A stretch of DNA of 64,000 bases, taken from the NCBI GenBank assembly GCA_965287045.1, contig OZ336903.1:496001-560000 (forward strand), read 5' to 3'. This stretch comes from Carcharhinus amblyrhynchos (taxonomy: Eukaryota). Shown here piece after piece: positions 47,201 through 61,166 of the stretch (the first letter of the stretch is position 1; each line of letters begins with the position of its first letter). The notes beneath the pieces are model-generated. The model was given only the letters and a program-made list of their open reading frames with translations. It ran no database searches and was not told the DNA's origin. The translations under genes and the position numbers were made by a program.

Positions 47201-50200
47201 ACTGTTCCCCAGGTCCCATTATAGAACACTTCCACTCGGCCCTCACAGCGATGCTTTCCGTTCACCAAACGCAGCTCTTTGTGCTCTGTCAATCAAATCA
47301 TAAATAATCACGTGGTGCAATTGTCAACTCTGATTCTAACACTGTGGATTTGTCTAAGTTGAGGTCATAGTTTGTAATAATTATTTCGTAAAGGTCACAG
47401 AAAAAAAACATAATCAAAAATAAGCAATATTGAATTTCGATCGAAACATTTGAACGCTGGGCCCGATTGATTTATTTGCAAAGCTTGCAGCAATGGTGAA
47501 AGGGACAATGTTTTAGATGCTCTGTGCATGGATTACCAGCAGAGCATCAACAAGTTCCCACAGTGAAAGCTCACGAAAGACATTGGGAAACCAGGCAATC
47601 AGGATAAAAGTGGATTAAAAGAGTTTTTGCAAAGTTTCTCGTTTCTTATGTAGCAAAACTTCCGGTGTGAGGTTCACACCGATTGCTTCTGTGGTCCCTG
47701 ATCCTTGCGAGTGACATAAGCCAGCTGGATGTTGTATTCGACAGTGAAAAAAAAAAGAACGTCTATTGCGGCAGCAAACTGGCTTGTTAGTACGAAAGAG
47801 GACTGCAAAGCGTGTATCACAATGCTAATATATGGCAAGATACACACGCCAATGACAACTTAGTTTTCCAACTGCTCAATGGAATGGGGCGCATTTTGAT
47901 GTGAAGAATAAAGTGACAGCACGTTTCTCGAGAAATAATTGATTACGGAACATTGTTTTGGGGCCACTGCTGTTTGTAATTCTTATTAATGATCTGGATG
48001 AGGGTATAGTTGGGTGGATTAGTAAGTTTGCTGATGACACCAAAGTCGGAGGTGGTGTAGATTGTGAGGAAGGGTGTCATAGTTTGCAGGGTGACTTAGA
48101 AAGGTTGCAGAGCTGGGCCGCGAGGTGGCGGATGGAGTTTAATGTGGAGAAGTGTGAGGTAATTCATTTCGGTAGGAATAACAGATGTGTTGAGTATAGG
48201 GCTAACGGGAGGACTTTGAATAGTGTGGAGGAGCAGAGGGATCTAGGTGTATGTGTACATAGATCCCTGAAAGTTGGGAATCAAGTAGATAAGGTTGTTA
48301 AGAAGGCATACGGTGTCTTGGCGTTTATTGGTTGGGGGATTGAATTTAGGAGTCGCAGCGTCATGATGCAACTGTACACAACTCTGGTGCGGCCGCACTT
48401 GGAGTATTGTGTGCAGTTCTGGTCCCCACATTACAGGAAGGATGTGGAGGCTTTGGAGAGGGTGCAGAGGAGGTTTACCAGGATGTTGCCTGGTATGGTG
48501 GGGAGATCCTATGAGGAGAGACTGAAAGATTTGGGGTTGTTTTCGCTGGAAAGAAGGCGGCTAAGAGGGGACCTTATTGAAACGTATAAGATGATTAGAG
48601 GTTTAGACAGGGTAGATAGTGATAGCCTTTTTCTTGGATGGAGAAAGCTAGCACGAGGGGGCACGACTTTAAATTAAGGGGGGGGTAGTTATAGGACTGA
48701 TGTCAGGGGTAGGTTCTTTACCCAGAGGGTGGTGAGGGACTGGAATGCCCTGCCAGCTGCAGTTGTAAATGCGCCTAGTTTGGGGGCGTTTAAGAGATCT
48801 GTGGATAGGTTTATGGACGAAATGGGATTGGTTTAGATTAGTGGGTGAGTGTTTTTTTTTTAAAAGCTGGTCGGCGCAACATCGTGGGCCGAAGGGCCTG
48901 TTCTGCGCTGTAATGTTCTATGTTCTATGTTCTATTTTACACATAAACTGATGAAATTTAAGACTCGTGTTCACGATAGTCAGTGATATTAATTGGAAAA
49001 CGCATTTATCTCAGGAAATGAGGTATAAAGTAACATAAGGCAACACGTCAAAAGTAGGATATAGAAATAATGTAACGGTAATGATGTCCAGACTAAATAA
49101 TACAGAGAGGGATTTGACATAGAAGCATTCGTAAGCGTCTTCCTCAGGTATATCAGGAACATATCTTATATATGAAACTTCTAATGTAACTGAAGTTGGG
49201 ACAGTTACCAGAGCACATGATCTTCACATCTTCTTTATGAATACAGTCGTGTTTACCCCACAATGCATGGGGACATTCCCAGAGAAATGATTCATTCCCG
49301 GAGCATTCCAGCTCATCCAACCAAATTGGCTGTGAGTCAGGTCCAGCCAAAGCAGGAAGAGGAAGCCGCAATGCATGTCCACAACCCAGCTGCTTGCAAA
49401 CCACGTCAGCGTCTGTCAGATCCCAGGAATCATCACAAACTGAGCCCCAGATCCCATTGTGATAAATCTCCAATCGGCCCGCACATCGGCTTCCACCGCC
49501 AGAGAGACTTAAATGCTTATGTTCTAATAGAAAAATAAAAGTGACAAGATTATATTTCTTAAACATATTCATCTCTTTGCTTAATTCAAACTATTGTATA
49601 ATTTGCAGCTAAATTAAATCGTGTATTTTAACAGCCGTTGACAGGGACATAAATCTACTCTCGACGAAAACCCGTTTCTGTTCCGAGGTAAAATAAATGA
49701 TGTGGCGTTTGCAATCGTCTACATATTCATATTTCCAACGAATATATAATCCGATCGTTTTTGGTGTGGATCTGACCCACTCATTGCTGCTTGTTTTGCT
49801 TTATTTAACTTATGCGATTAGTTGTTCCACACAGAATGTTTTAAGCAGACATTAGATTATTTGTTTCTTCTCTGACTCATTTTCCAATGCAAACTTCATC
49901 AGATGTTTCACCAGTTCACACATATATATCAGAACAAATCAGAGATGCTGTAAATATGCAAGTAGGCTGGCAGCGACTTGACCTTTCAGACAGTGACCTT
50001 TCCTGAGAACTCACACAAGTTGCTCCTAAAATGGTCATCAGTTCCTTGTTATCTCAGGAATGCAGGTTTCAAATCTACCCTCATGGCCGCCCCTCCAAAA
50101 CACGGGAATGTAATCAAAACTGTTCTCAATGAGCCGCGGACATTCCAACTCACTCGCAGTGACCAGCGGACGCACAAAGCCGCACTCACACCCCCTCCCT

Positions 50201-53200
50201 CCCCAATCCCCTCCCTTTCTCCCTTCCTGGCCAACAGCACCACCAGCCCTGGTTATTTGATCTGCATTGGATTCTCTCCCGTCAATACAAATTAACTTCA
50301 AAATGTCATGGTCATGTTTATAGATATCTATGCTCTCCATTACTGCTCACTGTTTGATCGCTCCCCCTAGTGATTATGACATTCAGCGCCCATGAGTCGA
50401 ATCCACACGGTAGCACAATGGTTAGCACTGCTGCTTCACAATGTCTGGGATCTGGATTTGATTCCTGGCTTGAGTCACTGTTTGTGTTGATTGTGTCCAT
50501 TGTTTCTGTGTCTGGGCACCTCTGCCATTCCGAGAGTCCTGCATTGACCCGAGCAGGCGGCGGACTGTGGCGACTGGGAGACCTTAACTGTAACTTCATT
50601 GCAGTGTTAATGTAAATCTGAACTGTTACAAATAAATTGAAATTAACTCAGACTTTGGCTTCCCTTCCCATCTGACACTGTATGAGCAAGCCTTTCTTCA
50701 TACTTACATAAGAGTCGTTATGTTATTGACAGGGACACAAGATTACAATCTCCTTCTTAAATGCGGCCTTCCCTTCTTTGTGCTGTTAAAACCAGCCCCA
50801 ATGATCAACACATTAGTCCCCATTGCCAATAACGTCTTTAGCTGTGTTGGTCTCAATTTACTGAAGGGAATTATCTAGAGATTTATAAAGTTGTTAATTG
50901 ATTTAACTCAAATGTAACTCATCATATTCCAAACTATTACTTTTTTTCCCCAGAGCATCTTGTCCTCTATCCAATCAGGAGTGTCAAATATCTCACGAAC
51001 GTGTTCCCGAAAAGAAAGTGAAGGAAATTCCCAGTTGACCAAGATTATACATGTATAGTTTCTGGAAAAGTGAACTGCTTATTCACCTGAGCACAGAACC
51101 CCCACGCCGATGCTGTCACTGTGATTCGGATTCAGTGAAAATTTGCTGCACTTCCGGAGATGCGATTCGTTTCCTTCACACTGGACATCATTCACCCACA
51201 CAGGCCCTTCACCCTCTCCGTACTTTGAATTGTTATAGGCGGTCACCGCTTCGCCGCAGCCCAGCTGTCTACAGGTCACATTAGCGTCATTCAGATCCCA
51301 GAGGCTGTCCTGCACTCTGCCCCAGCTGTGGTTGTAGTAAATCTCCACTCGCCCATCACACCGACTTCCCCCATTCATCAATCTCAGTGACCAGTTTTCA
51401 TCTAGGGATATAAAGACATGGGGAACAGTGGTTACAGTGCAACAAATTAACTCAAGTTGATATTACCTCCCACCAGAGCAGCTCCCCCGGTGCAGAGGTG
51501 AAGGATGTGATGAGAGGCTGCTGAGTACAGTCAGACAGGAGGCTGAACACCCAGCGTGGCTGCTCTGAATCTGAAGCAAATATATTGATAGACAGAGGGA
51601 TATAATATGTTTATGGAATTCGAGGATGGACCAGCATTTGGGCGATCTAATGTAGAAATATCCTCTTTAATCCCAGCACCACGTGTTTCCATTATCTTGA
51701 TTTAGGGACTCACCCGTGCAGATGACACTGACGTCATTTCCATGTGAGCAGTTAAACTCTTCCACGGATGAAACCGGGCACTCCCACAACCAGGATTCAT
51801 TCCCGTGGCAGTTGTAGTTCTCCTTCCACATTGTCCCATTTCCCTTCCCAAAGGCTGCGCCTCTCAGGATTTTCTCTACCACTCCACACTGAAGATGCTC
51901 ACAGACCACACTGGCGTCTTCTAAATCAAAGTAAACATCACAGAGCGTCCCCCAGTGTTCTCCATGCGGCACTTCCACCCGGCCGGAGCACCTGTCCTTT
52001 TCACCAACCAATCTCGGCCCAGGGTTTTCTGTTTCAGGAATAAGCAAAGACCCAAATAATTTATACATCGAAATTTGCAGAACACACGCCAGTTTATTTT
52101 TGTAAACGGGAAAACATACTTCATACTGGCATTCATAATCATTGCCCAATAATCATAAAAGATCACATGGAACTAATTAATACAATTTGTGATGCTTTTA
52201 GGAAGGTGCTTTAACCCAAACAGAGCAGTCCATGCTGAAGAGAAAAGCTAATGTGTCATTGGCAGAATATACTGTTCTTGGGCCAGATCCAGTGTATATT
52301 TTAAATAAAATTCACTGTGTTTAAGCATTGCATTATGATGCGATTATTAAATAATCTGTATCTTCTGGAGCAATAAGCTGACCATAAAATGGTAAGTGCA
52401 CCTCTAAAATTAGAGAGTATCTCGGACCGGCTAATTCAGAAAATAAACGTCTTTCTAAAAATTACTGTATTATTCTGGAGGTTCTGCCCACCATTGACAC
52501 GTTATCCATGATTTGAAATCTCCTCTAGATATCACTACATTTTTTTTCCCACCTAAACAGCTGGATGTAAATCGTACCCGTGCAATGCCTTTACTGAACT
52601 CATTCAAGTCTGTACTCACCAGAACAAATCACACTGACGTCGTTCCTGTGGGTGCACTCGGACCGATTTACAGGAACAAGGGGACAGTCTCTCAGGCTTG
52701 TCTCGCTGCCATCACATTCAAATCTATCGTTCCATATAAGTCCAGCGCCCTCCCCAAAATAAGCCCCTCTTCGAATGGAAACGGCCACTCCACACTGCAG
52801 CTCAGCACAGATCACTGTGGCGGTATTCCAATCTAAGTCAAGGTCACACACTGTACCAGATTCTTTATCGTTATGGATCTCCAATCTGCCGGAACATGGG
52901 ACAGCTCCGGATACTAGTTTTGGAAATCTGTGGGCTGAACAACAACAAATCACAAAACACTAATTATTATCAAAAGGTATTTACACGCGCTTAATTAGAT
53001 TGTATCATGACTGGTTCTGAATGCTGTTCCCCTTAGTTACCTCCTTATCTAAAAGTGGAATTGTCGAGTCAAAAACGTGGGATACGACCTGGATTAAATC
53101 CTCTCTCGGTGATACTCAACGGGCTGAATGCCCTTCTCCTGCAATAAGAAGTTCTATAACTAAAGATTTTTCATCAAGTTCAATAGGTGTCAACTGTTAC

Positions 53201-56200
53201 TCTCTCCAGAAGCCGTATTCATTCTGACAGCGAGTCCCCTGGAACACTCTTCCCCCAACTCCCGTTGAATTGAACCAACTGCTGGTTTATCTGAATAAAT
53301 TCTGAGTACAACTGCCCCCTACCGCTTGTTGATGGGAAATATCACAAAGCGCAACAAGCGGACCTGAATCAATACATGGAATTATTTACCCAGGGACGTT
53401 CTAACTGATCGGCATCAAACAAAATTCTATATTTGTTTTTCGGCGCTGAAACGTGTTGGGAATGAACGTTCTGAAAGGACTTCAACCAAAAATGAAACAG
53501 TGGATCCCGGAATGTCTAAATGGTGATTAGCAAACTATACTCGAGCTTTATTCAGCGTCTATGAGCACAGGTCACAAAATGTGAAGCCAGATGCAAAGCA
53601 TAATCAAAAATCCTCCTGGAGTAATAGCATTTCTATTTTGAGGCTGGAATATGAAGGGGGAGAGTTTCTGCTTCAAGTTTCAGTAACTTTGCTCGGTCTA
53701 TAGCTGGAATGCGACAAAAAATTTAGGGAACGGCAACCCTGTAAGGATCTCCTGTTCTGGAAAACAGTCCAGTGAGAGTGTCCCAGGCTACTCGTTACTG
53801 AGTCTCGACAACATCTCCTTCTATCAGTTTACACTGTGTGAAATCTGCCTGAAGCTGCAGCAGCTTTAAATATTAAAACAACTAATCCCCCTTCATTTTA
53901 TTCTGGAGAAAGTATCGAGTGCCGCACATTTGTTTAAAATCCAACCTCCTGAACAAATTGATCGAGCACAATTTATTCAAATACAACGGAACACTCCACC
54001 AATAACATTTCTGATTTCTCTCCCTGACAGACTCTAATGGTAAACTCCGTCCAAAAAAAATAACACGAGGGGAAATCATATAGGAACAGCTGGTATTCAT
54101 CAGATTTAGGGAGTGAGAGGGAGATAAGTTTCCAAATAGGATCGAACATTTGGAGAAGAGGATTTACATGACAGTTATTAAAACAACACGCCTGGAGAGA
54201 CAGGGGATATCCAGCCAGTCCCCTCGCACACAAAATCAGAAAATGTTGGAACAATTCAGCAGCTGTGGCAGATTTTGCGGCGAGGGAAGAATAGAGGGAA
54301 GTTTCCAGTCCGCATGACTCTCCTCCAGACCCTTCCCATCCTCACTCCGCTCTTGGAACACCTTCAATCTGGCCACTGATTGCTGCTCTGAAAGTAGCCG
54401 CAGTGACTGGATAAGCGCTCTATGGCCTCCGCAATCAATAGTCAGTAAATGACAAACACATGGACCGAGACACCCGGATTTAATTCAGAGACAGCCGCCA
54501 ATTCTGACCGAGTGCCGAATGACCCGGACTCCCCTTAAATGTACCTCTGTACACAGCCAGCCCATCAAAACATGCCTGACCTTTTGACTCTGCACAGGCA
54601 AGGCCGGGACAGATTAGTCCGCCCGGGACTCTTTCTCGCTCTCCTCCCAGGTCTGTCCGCCCTCCCCCCCACACCGTGGTTGCTGACAGGTCCGTCTCTG
54701 ACTCCAGGCGTGTGGTTGTGTCGGATGAGACATTGGGGCAGGGGTGGCGGTGGAGATTTCGAAGGGTTGGGGGATCGGGATGCCTCCGACCGTATCTCTG
54801 GGGTTCGAACCACATTTACATTTGTGGGTATAATTTCTGCACTTTGAACGAAAAAAAAGGGCATTTACAATCGGATGATTTGAATTTAAGCTAAAATTGC
54901 TGAATAAACCAAACGCTGCGGTCAGATGAAGGTAAACCGTTGCTCAGCAGAAGCCTGATTGTTGTCCAGGATTTGCTCTGTGTGGCCCTGGAATGATTCA
55001 TTATTTGTTGAATGGTGATCGGAACTGAACAGTGAGGAACCAGGAGCGAACAACTCCTCTCCTGAATATAGCTAACAGCAAGCGCTCAGCTCAAGGACAC
55101 AGCGGGCCTGTGCACGGTTGTGGTAATTGTTAATCACTCTCATTGCTGTTACTTTATTATAAATTTAAATCCTGGTGTTAATGGAACAACACTTCTATTT
55201 ACAGAATATTGAAATTATTCACCACTCTCTTTACGACTGTGTACAGTCTCAGAATACTTTATCCGCTCTTTCCCGGAGAGCTGGCTGTGGATGATGGACT
55301 TTTATTTTTACCTGAGCAAATCACACCGGCATCATTGGAGTGCGGATTGCCATAGTAGAAATCCCATTTCACAGAGCGACATTCCCGCAGGGCGGTCTCG
55401 GTCCCTTTGCACTGAACACCTGCCGTCACAATGGGTTCGGATCCTTCCCCAAAGTGAGCCCCGCCTGGTGCAGAGAGCGCGGTCCCGCAGCCCAGCTCCC
55501 CACACACAACATCGGCGTCCCGCAGGTCCCAGTTATCATGACGCACAGTCCCCCACCGTCCCCAATAGTAAATCTCCACTCTCCCAGCGCACCGACTCTG
55601 CCCATTCGCCAGTCTCAGCTTCACCGCCTCTGTAAAATACAGAAATCAACTTCGAGTTATTGGACAGTTGTTGCAGCAGGTCTTTCAAATCAAATCAGGG
55701 AATCAAATCAAGTGTCCATTGTGTCAAGGATCTCAACAAACCCTGGGATAATATGAGACAAATAACAAAAAAAAAGCACAGGAACAGGCCCTTCCGCCCT
55801 CCTCACCTATACCGACCTTACTGCCCGACTGAACTAAAAACCCCTACCGCTCTGGGGATCATATTCCCCTATTCCCACCCTATTTATTTACTTATCAAGA
55901 CGCCCCTGAAACGTCACTGTCGTATCCGGTTCCACGACCTCCCCCTGAGACATTGCAAGTGGAAGCGGGAATATGGATTGACTGTCGGAAACATCCGCAA
56001 ATCAGTTGGAAGTAGGAAACATCATTCGGCTGTGTCAAGCAGGAGTGTCGACGGGTGAGTACTTGATTGAACCCGCACAACTCAGGGCTCTTATGGCCCG
56101 CGGTCCACCATACTGCATCGACTAATGTAGTGGAATCCCAATCCGAGCATGGATTCGATATCTGCCACCAGTGTCGTACCCGGTGGGTCGCCCTGCTGCA

Positions 56201-59200
56201 ACCGGCTGAATTGGACAGTCAGGTAGTGTCCAGCCCTTCCCGGGGCTATGAGATGCGACGAGTTTTCGGCGGAACCCTAATACACCGGCGGTGGAAGGTC
56301 TTCATATTGCATTTAATTTCAGCGCTGGGTGGTAACTAGATAAGTAAACATTTATTTCCATACGGCAGTGGGAAATCTTTGCCTCTCACCCTGCTCCTCG
56401 GGGATCTAATCTCTAAATTAGGGAGCAGAACTTAAACATTTACGTGAAAACATCGCAAGAACATTTTCCTTCACAACTGACAGGCAGACATTGAACCGAA
56501 TCAATCATTGAATACAAAGATACTGAAATTGTCTCAGGGATTTATCATTCAGTTGGATGGATTAGTGCAGTAAAATGTCAGATATGAACTTGGAGGGCGA
56601 TTACCTGATGGATGAGCCTGGCTGTTCCCTGGTCTGCCTGAAATGAAATTTTGAAAATTAGTCTTTGCTGGAACACGAGATGAATGAAACTGCCAAAACC
56701 AAACATCACAAAGTCAACATCGAGGATCTCTGTTATTCCTTCACTATACGATTTCCAAGCATTTGCTGTTAAAAAGTTTTATTCAAATTCCAACACCCGT
56801 GATACTATGGCCTATGAATATCCCGGCCTCATTCCATTTTTTGAATACATTTTTAACCACGTGTAACCGTGTTCCCAAACAGGGATATTTTGTGTCAGTC
56901 AAATCTCCAAATCCACTTTAGCCTCTAGTTTGCATTAAAAAAATCAACAGGGCAGCGATTCCTGTCTCTGGTTGGATTGCTCAAATTTATAACTTGATCC
57001 ACAGAGTAACAATGATAAAGTTACTCGAATATCTCTGCACCACCGTCCACAATACGGACAGTGCGTCATTTATTTCCAATGCAGACAATCCTCAGGTATC
57101 CTTATTAACTCTTCACAAACAATATCGCACAACTTCCACTTATGTTGTTCTCATTGCCAGAATTGTGGGAGAACATTTCAATATTTACTCAAAATGTTGA
57201 CAATTTCCATGGTCCAGCTGGAATCTCTGACCCTCTTCACCCATTCCGTCTCCCTATCTCTGGCTCCACTTTTCAGCGTTCAGTAATTCTCCCACTGAAT
57301 CAGTGACCCATTTCAACAACACAGAATAAAGAAAAGTACATCATGGAAATAGACCCTTCGGTCCTTCAATCCCCTGTCCATCATGATGTCCATTTAAGCA
57401 AAAAAAAGTTGCGCTATTTCCGTCCCTATCCTTCTATTTCCTCCTTATTCTTGTTCCCATCTAGATGTCTCATAAAATGTTTCTCATGTGCCTGCTTCCA
57501 TCACCTCCTCTGGCAGCGCCTTGCAGGCATGCACTACTTTGAGCTTTTCCCACACACCTTACTTTAAATTTCCCCTCTCACCTTAAACCTGTGGCCCCTT
57601 TTCTTCCTGCAACAGATCACTAATGACACGAACAAACAATGAAATAGAAGGCGCTGGTCAGCAGCCTCATTAGTTAAAAAAACAGCCATCACCTGAATCA
57701 TTTGTGTACCGTGTAGATGATACACAACAACAAATGGCCAAGACTCATTCGGCAGTTCATTCCAAACCCGCGATTTCTACCACCTGGAAATACAAGGACA
57801 GACCCACGACAATACCCTGAATTGTACATTCCCTTCTAAGCCGGGCAACATGCTGAGTTCGGACGATATCGGAGTTGCTTCATTCTCGTGAGCGCTAAAT
57901 CCCTAATCTCACTATGCCTGCACCAGTGTATCATTTACTGCAGCCAAGCAGCAAAAAAAGCTCAGAGATCAATTTCTGAAGACATTTGGGTACAGATAAT
58001 AAATGCTGCCATTGCCAGGGACACTGACTTCACAATAGATAGCAAACAATAAAACAAAATGCAAGGCCGTGGCTGAATGTGGAATATTAACTTTATTTGG
58101 AAGAGATATAGAGACATGGGAAGTTTGGTTCTGTAAAATGTAGGCCCATTTAAAGATCACAAAACGCCATTAGCACAAAGCAGTAAGGCGGCAAATATAT
58201 CTCTCCATGACTGAGTATTCGATCTGTTAATCATGTTTTATCTTCAACTAAGAGACACAAGAAGTAACAAAGAAATGGCAGTATTACGAGTGGAATTAAT
58301 TACAAAACATCGTATTTGTAGTTGAAAACCACCGTTAAACAATGGAACCGTTTAGCTGACAGCAGGAAGGACAGATTAGGAGTCGCTCGTGGAACCATAA
58401 CTTTGAAATTTATGGCCGTACCAAACGAACACTTGCCTGATATAAAATATTAGATTTAGAATATAAGCGGACATTTAGACACTCTTTTCGAGACAGTGTT
58501 TTTTTTTCCTCTGGGGTCTGAAAAATGGTTCATAACATTTTACAAGTAACTGTTGGCGACGCCAATCTGGAATGGGTAACGTGTTTTTATAGCTCATTAT
58601 TAACAATAGAAAGTTCAGCGGATACTGAGAGTGTCTGGGAAGAGGCTGACAAGTATCGAGTCATTGATACAATAAAATGATGTTAATGTATGGTTAGAAA
58701 GTTTTGTTTTGATTTCTAACGCTCATTTTTCCAAATAACAACCAGACGTACTCATGCTGCAAATTCGCGGACTAACTCGGATTTTTCACTTCCCTATTAT
58801 TTCGCTGGTGCGAATGATATTATCTATATTCCTTAATATGCCAGTTAAATCAATGTTGGCCCCACTTAGATTTAATATTTAACTTTTCAGTGTTTATAAA
58901 CATGTCCATTTCTCCAACTCAAAATAATTTGTTTAACATTGGCAGCTAACTGTCCCACAGGACGAGCATACAGCTCTTCCACTGAGAAATATCTATCCCA
59001 AATCTGTGTACTCATTCTACTGATAGGAACTAGATCTTTTACTGGGATTCCGCAAACGGTTAATTCACGTACATTCCATTCGGCAATCTATGCTATTCTA
59101 ATGGTGACAGCGATCTGCACCCAGACTGCGCTGTTCAGCTAGAATTTCAATTCATGTCTGTTCCGTCTGTACAGCAGACCCAGTGGAGTATTTAATTCTA

Positions 59201-61166
59201 TCTGCCGCCGTATCTGAGTTGGATTCAGTGGTAAATCTAATTTTCTTATTCACTTGCTGTTGTTTTAGGAGGCTAATAAACTGGAAATGCAACTTTGCTC
59301 AAAGTATATTGTGATAATTTTCGACAAGCTAAGTCAGCGATTTCAACATTCACTTCATAACTGCGAGCTGACTGGCGATTCAGTAGTAAGAAAAAAATAA
59401 TGAGATGAGATTACTGAGCAGAGGACATTGCATCGCAACATAACATTTGTTCTGCTTTCTTTCATAAGGCTTGTTCTTTCAAGCAACTGCACAGTCCAAA
59501 CAGTATGTTTAAGGTTTTATTCCGCGGACTCTCCGTGCTTTACTGTGTGAAGTGTTTGATAAAAGTAATGGGGCGCTTCTCCATCAGTTAACCAGCATTT
59601 TCAGTGGCATTCGGATTAATAAATACAATCAAAGAGGCACGTTGGGAACCGAGAGAAAATGAACCAACTGAACAACTTAAATGAAAAAAAAACTACTTGG
59701 CCTGTAAAAGGAGATGAAAGAACAGGTCTCGATCTGCCACAGAAAACGGCATGAGACACAGAGAACATGAAAACGTGGAATACTTTTGAGAAATAAAAAT
59801 AATTAGAAACTGGAAAAGAACACTGCATAGGAATATTAATTTAACACATTCTGGTAATATGCCGGTAGGAGATATAAGGCAATTGAGCAACAAACGTCAC
59901 AACGCAAATTACGCATATTTAGCAGAATACGTTATTAACACAACAAGATAATTATTTTCTTCACATTAATGAACATAATTAATGACATTATTCATTGTAA
60001 TTCATATTAATGCGTTAAAATGCATTATTCACAGACCTAGCACAACGCTGTGTGGCTGAAGCACCTATTTAAAAAAAAAGTCTGTTTTCTCTGTAAGCGG
60101 GTTCAGACAGAAAATATGCAAGGAAATATGAAGAGAAGCATGTGTGGACGGTCCTCGCCAAAATTCCTGCATAGTAAACGCTGTGAATTGGCTTCCACTC
60201 AAACTCATGTTCAGCAGGTTCTAACAGCGACTGCTCTAATTTGTACCAACACAAATCAATTAATCCGAACAGAGGTTTGACAGTAATATGTTGTCCATGC
60301 ACAACTGCCGCATTTCCATTCAATTCCGTGTTTAACTCTCAGCTACCGGCAAGTCTCGACCGAGATTAAAACATGCATTAATCAGATGTTCTACATTCTA
60401 AACGTATTTGAAAGGAAATAAGTCAGAAAGAAACAGGGGATCTAAATTATCCACCAACTGAAACGTACGTGACTTAAATTCCCAATTCCAATACGCACTT
60501 CATAGCAACTAAGGAAACATTTGAAAAGATTAGAGCTTTTCCCATAAGTGGAGCGGAGAATCCAAAACACTGCTAAACAAAAAACATAATTTTCCAGATT
60601 GAGATTTGACAGTCCATTTTGATTTCCGACTCCAATTTATTTATTCTGCACAAGAATCTCAGGTAGACGGCGATTAAATACAACTTCTGTTGGGCATTTG
60701 TGGGCTCAGAGCAATATTCGACCAATGTGTTAGGCCCCGAGGTCCAAAATGACTGCCGGGTGGAATAAAACCAATTCAGTCTAACCCCACTAGCCTGTTC
60801 TTGGCTCCTTTCTGCGTTACAATACTTCAAACGCATAAGCAAGTGTGTTTTCAATGGGCTGAGCGCTTCTTCATCCTCCAGCTTTTTAGACACTGAACTC
60901 GCACTCTCTCATTGTAGATTGATGTACATTAATATCCCATTACCTCCAGATGACACTTATTATTCAAATCATCAACTTTCCCTTACATCTGTCACCAATA
61001 TTTTTATTACGAAATCTCTCTCTCTCTCTCTATACATATATACACGTATAGACATGCTAAAATTTTATGTCAGTGAATTCTCAACAGACATCAGGATACT
61101 TTCAATCAATAATAACTCACAGTTGAGAAGCTGCAATGCAATTAGAGTCAGGAAGGAGCGCAGCAT
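38159..61166 (-). CDS. Gene copy B: paralogous CD163/WC1-family SRCR receptor, 16 coding exons, 964 aa
   Basis: Exons 61121-61166, 56605-56637, 55312-55629, 52620-52934, 51714-52028, 51087-51401, 49209-49523, 46968-47285, 46826-46882, 46420-46728, 46242-46280, 45939-46055, 43717-43824, 41418-41528, 40806-40937, 38159-38205. They total 2895 nt and I found no stop or frameshift. Confidence 0.88.
39204..39412 (+). mobile_element. HE1-like SINE, 3' truncated
   Basis: GGGCAGCACGGTGAGACAGTGGTTAGCAC head plus core. Confidence 0.82.
39600..40745 (+). mobile_element. Degenerate CR1-like LINE pieces including a 3' end
   Basis: [27 protein letters not shown] motif and ggctgaacggcct tail; the 3' part is mirrored at about 32010-32245. 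Confidence 0.65.
40806..40937 (-). CDS. Copy B cytoplasmic exon 3 [44 protein letters not shown]
   Basis: 132 nt, AG/GT. Confidence 0.85.
41418..41528 (-). CDS. Copy B cytoplasmic exon 2 [37 protein letters not shown]
   Basis: 111 nt, AG/GT. Confidence 0.85.
41945..42265 (-). mobile_element. HE1-like SINE, copy B counterpart
   Basis: Reverse complement of 30508-30837. Confidence 0.85.
43717..43824 (-). CDS. Copy B cytoplasmic exon 1 [36 protein letters not shown]
   Basis: 108 nt, AG/GT. Confidence 0.87.
44550..45650 (-). mobile_element. Mirror copy of the old CR1-like fragment
   Basis: Reverse complement of 25860-26965. Confidence 0.8.
45939..46055 (-). CDS. Copy B transmembrane exon ...[31 protein letters not shown]
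   Basis: 117 nt, AG/GT. Confidence 0.9.
46242..46280 (-). CDS. Copy B stalk exon
   Basis: 39 nt, identical to A. Confidence 0.82.
46420..46728 (-). CDS. Copy B SRCR7 exon
   Basis: 309 nt SRCR domain, AG/GT. Confidence 0.95.
46826..46882 (-). CDS. Copy B linker exon [19 protein letters not shown]
   Basis: 57 nt, AG/GT. Confidence 0.75.
46968..47285 (-). CDS. Copy B SRCR6 exon
   Basis: 318 nt SRCR domain, AG/GT. Confidence 0.95.
47946..48933 (+). mobile_element. Young 5'-truncated CR1/HER1-like LINE (RT C-terminus, 3' UTR, (TGTTCTA)n tail), in copy B only
   Basis: [18 protein letters not shown]...SKFADDTK...[14 protein letters not shown]...[14 protein letters not shown], one frameshift near 48635, microsatellite tail; absent from the copy A intron at about 23556-23586. 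Confidence 0.93.
49209..49523 (-). CDS. Copy B SRCR5 exon
   Basis: 315 nt SRCR domain, AG/GT. Confidence 0.95.
50405..50630 (+). mobile_element. V-SINE-like SINE, copy B counterpart
   Basis: CACGGTAGCACAATGGTTAGCACTGCTG head. Confidence 0.8.
51087..51401 (-). CDS. Copy B SRCR4 exon (6 Cys)
   Basis: 315 nt SRCR domain, AG/GT. Confidence 0.95.
51714..52028 (-). CDS. Copy B SRCR3 exon
   Basis: 315 nt SRCR domain, AG/GT. Confidence 0.95.
52620..52934 (-). CDS. Copy B SRCR2 exon
   Basis: 315 nt SRCR domain, AG/GT. Confidence 0.95.
55312..55629 (-). CDS. Copy B SRCR1 exon (6 Cys)
   Basis: [31 protein letters not shown]...[18 protein letters not shown]; 318 nt. Confidence 0.95.
56605..56637 (-). 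CDS. Copy B exon 2 (C)[10 protein letters not shown]
   Basis: 33 nt, AG/GT on the minus strand. Confidence 0.75.
61121..61166 (-). CDS. Copy B exon 1, signal peptide
   Basis: Reverse complement of the copy A exon 1, identical. Confidence 0.82.

Noticed and set aside
51714-52028. Copy B as a pseudogene (SRCR3 begins PRLVGE instead of LRLVGG; LINE in an intron)
   Set aside because: All 16 exons are open with intact splice sites and the coding indels are multiples of 3.
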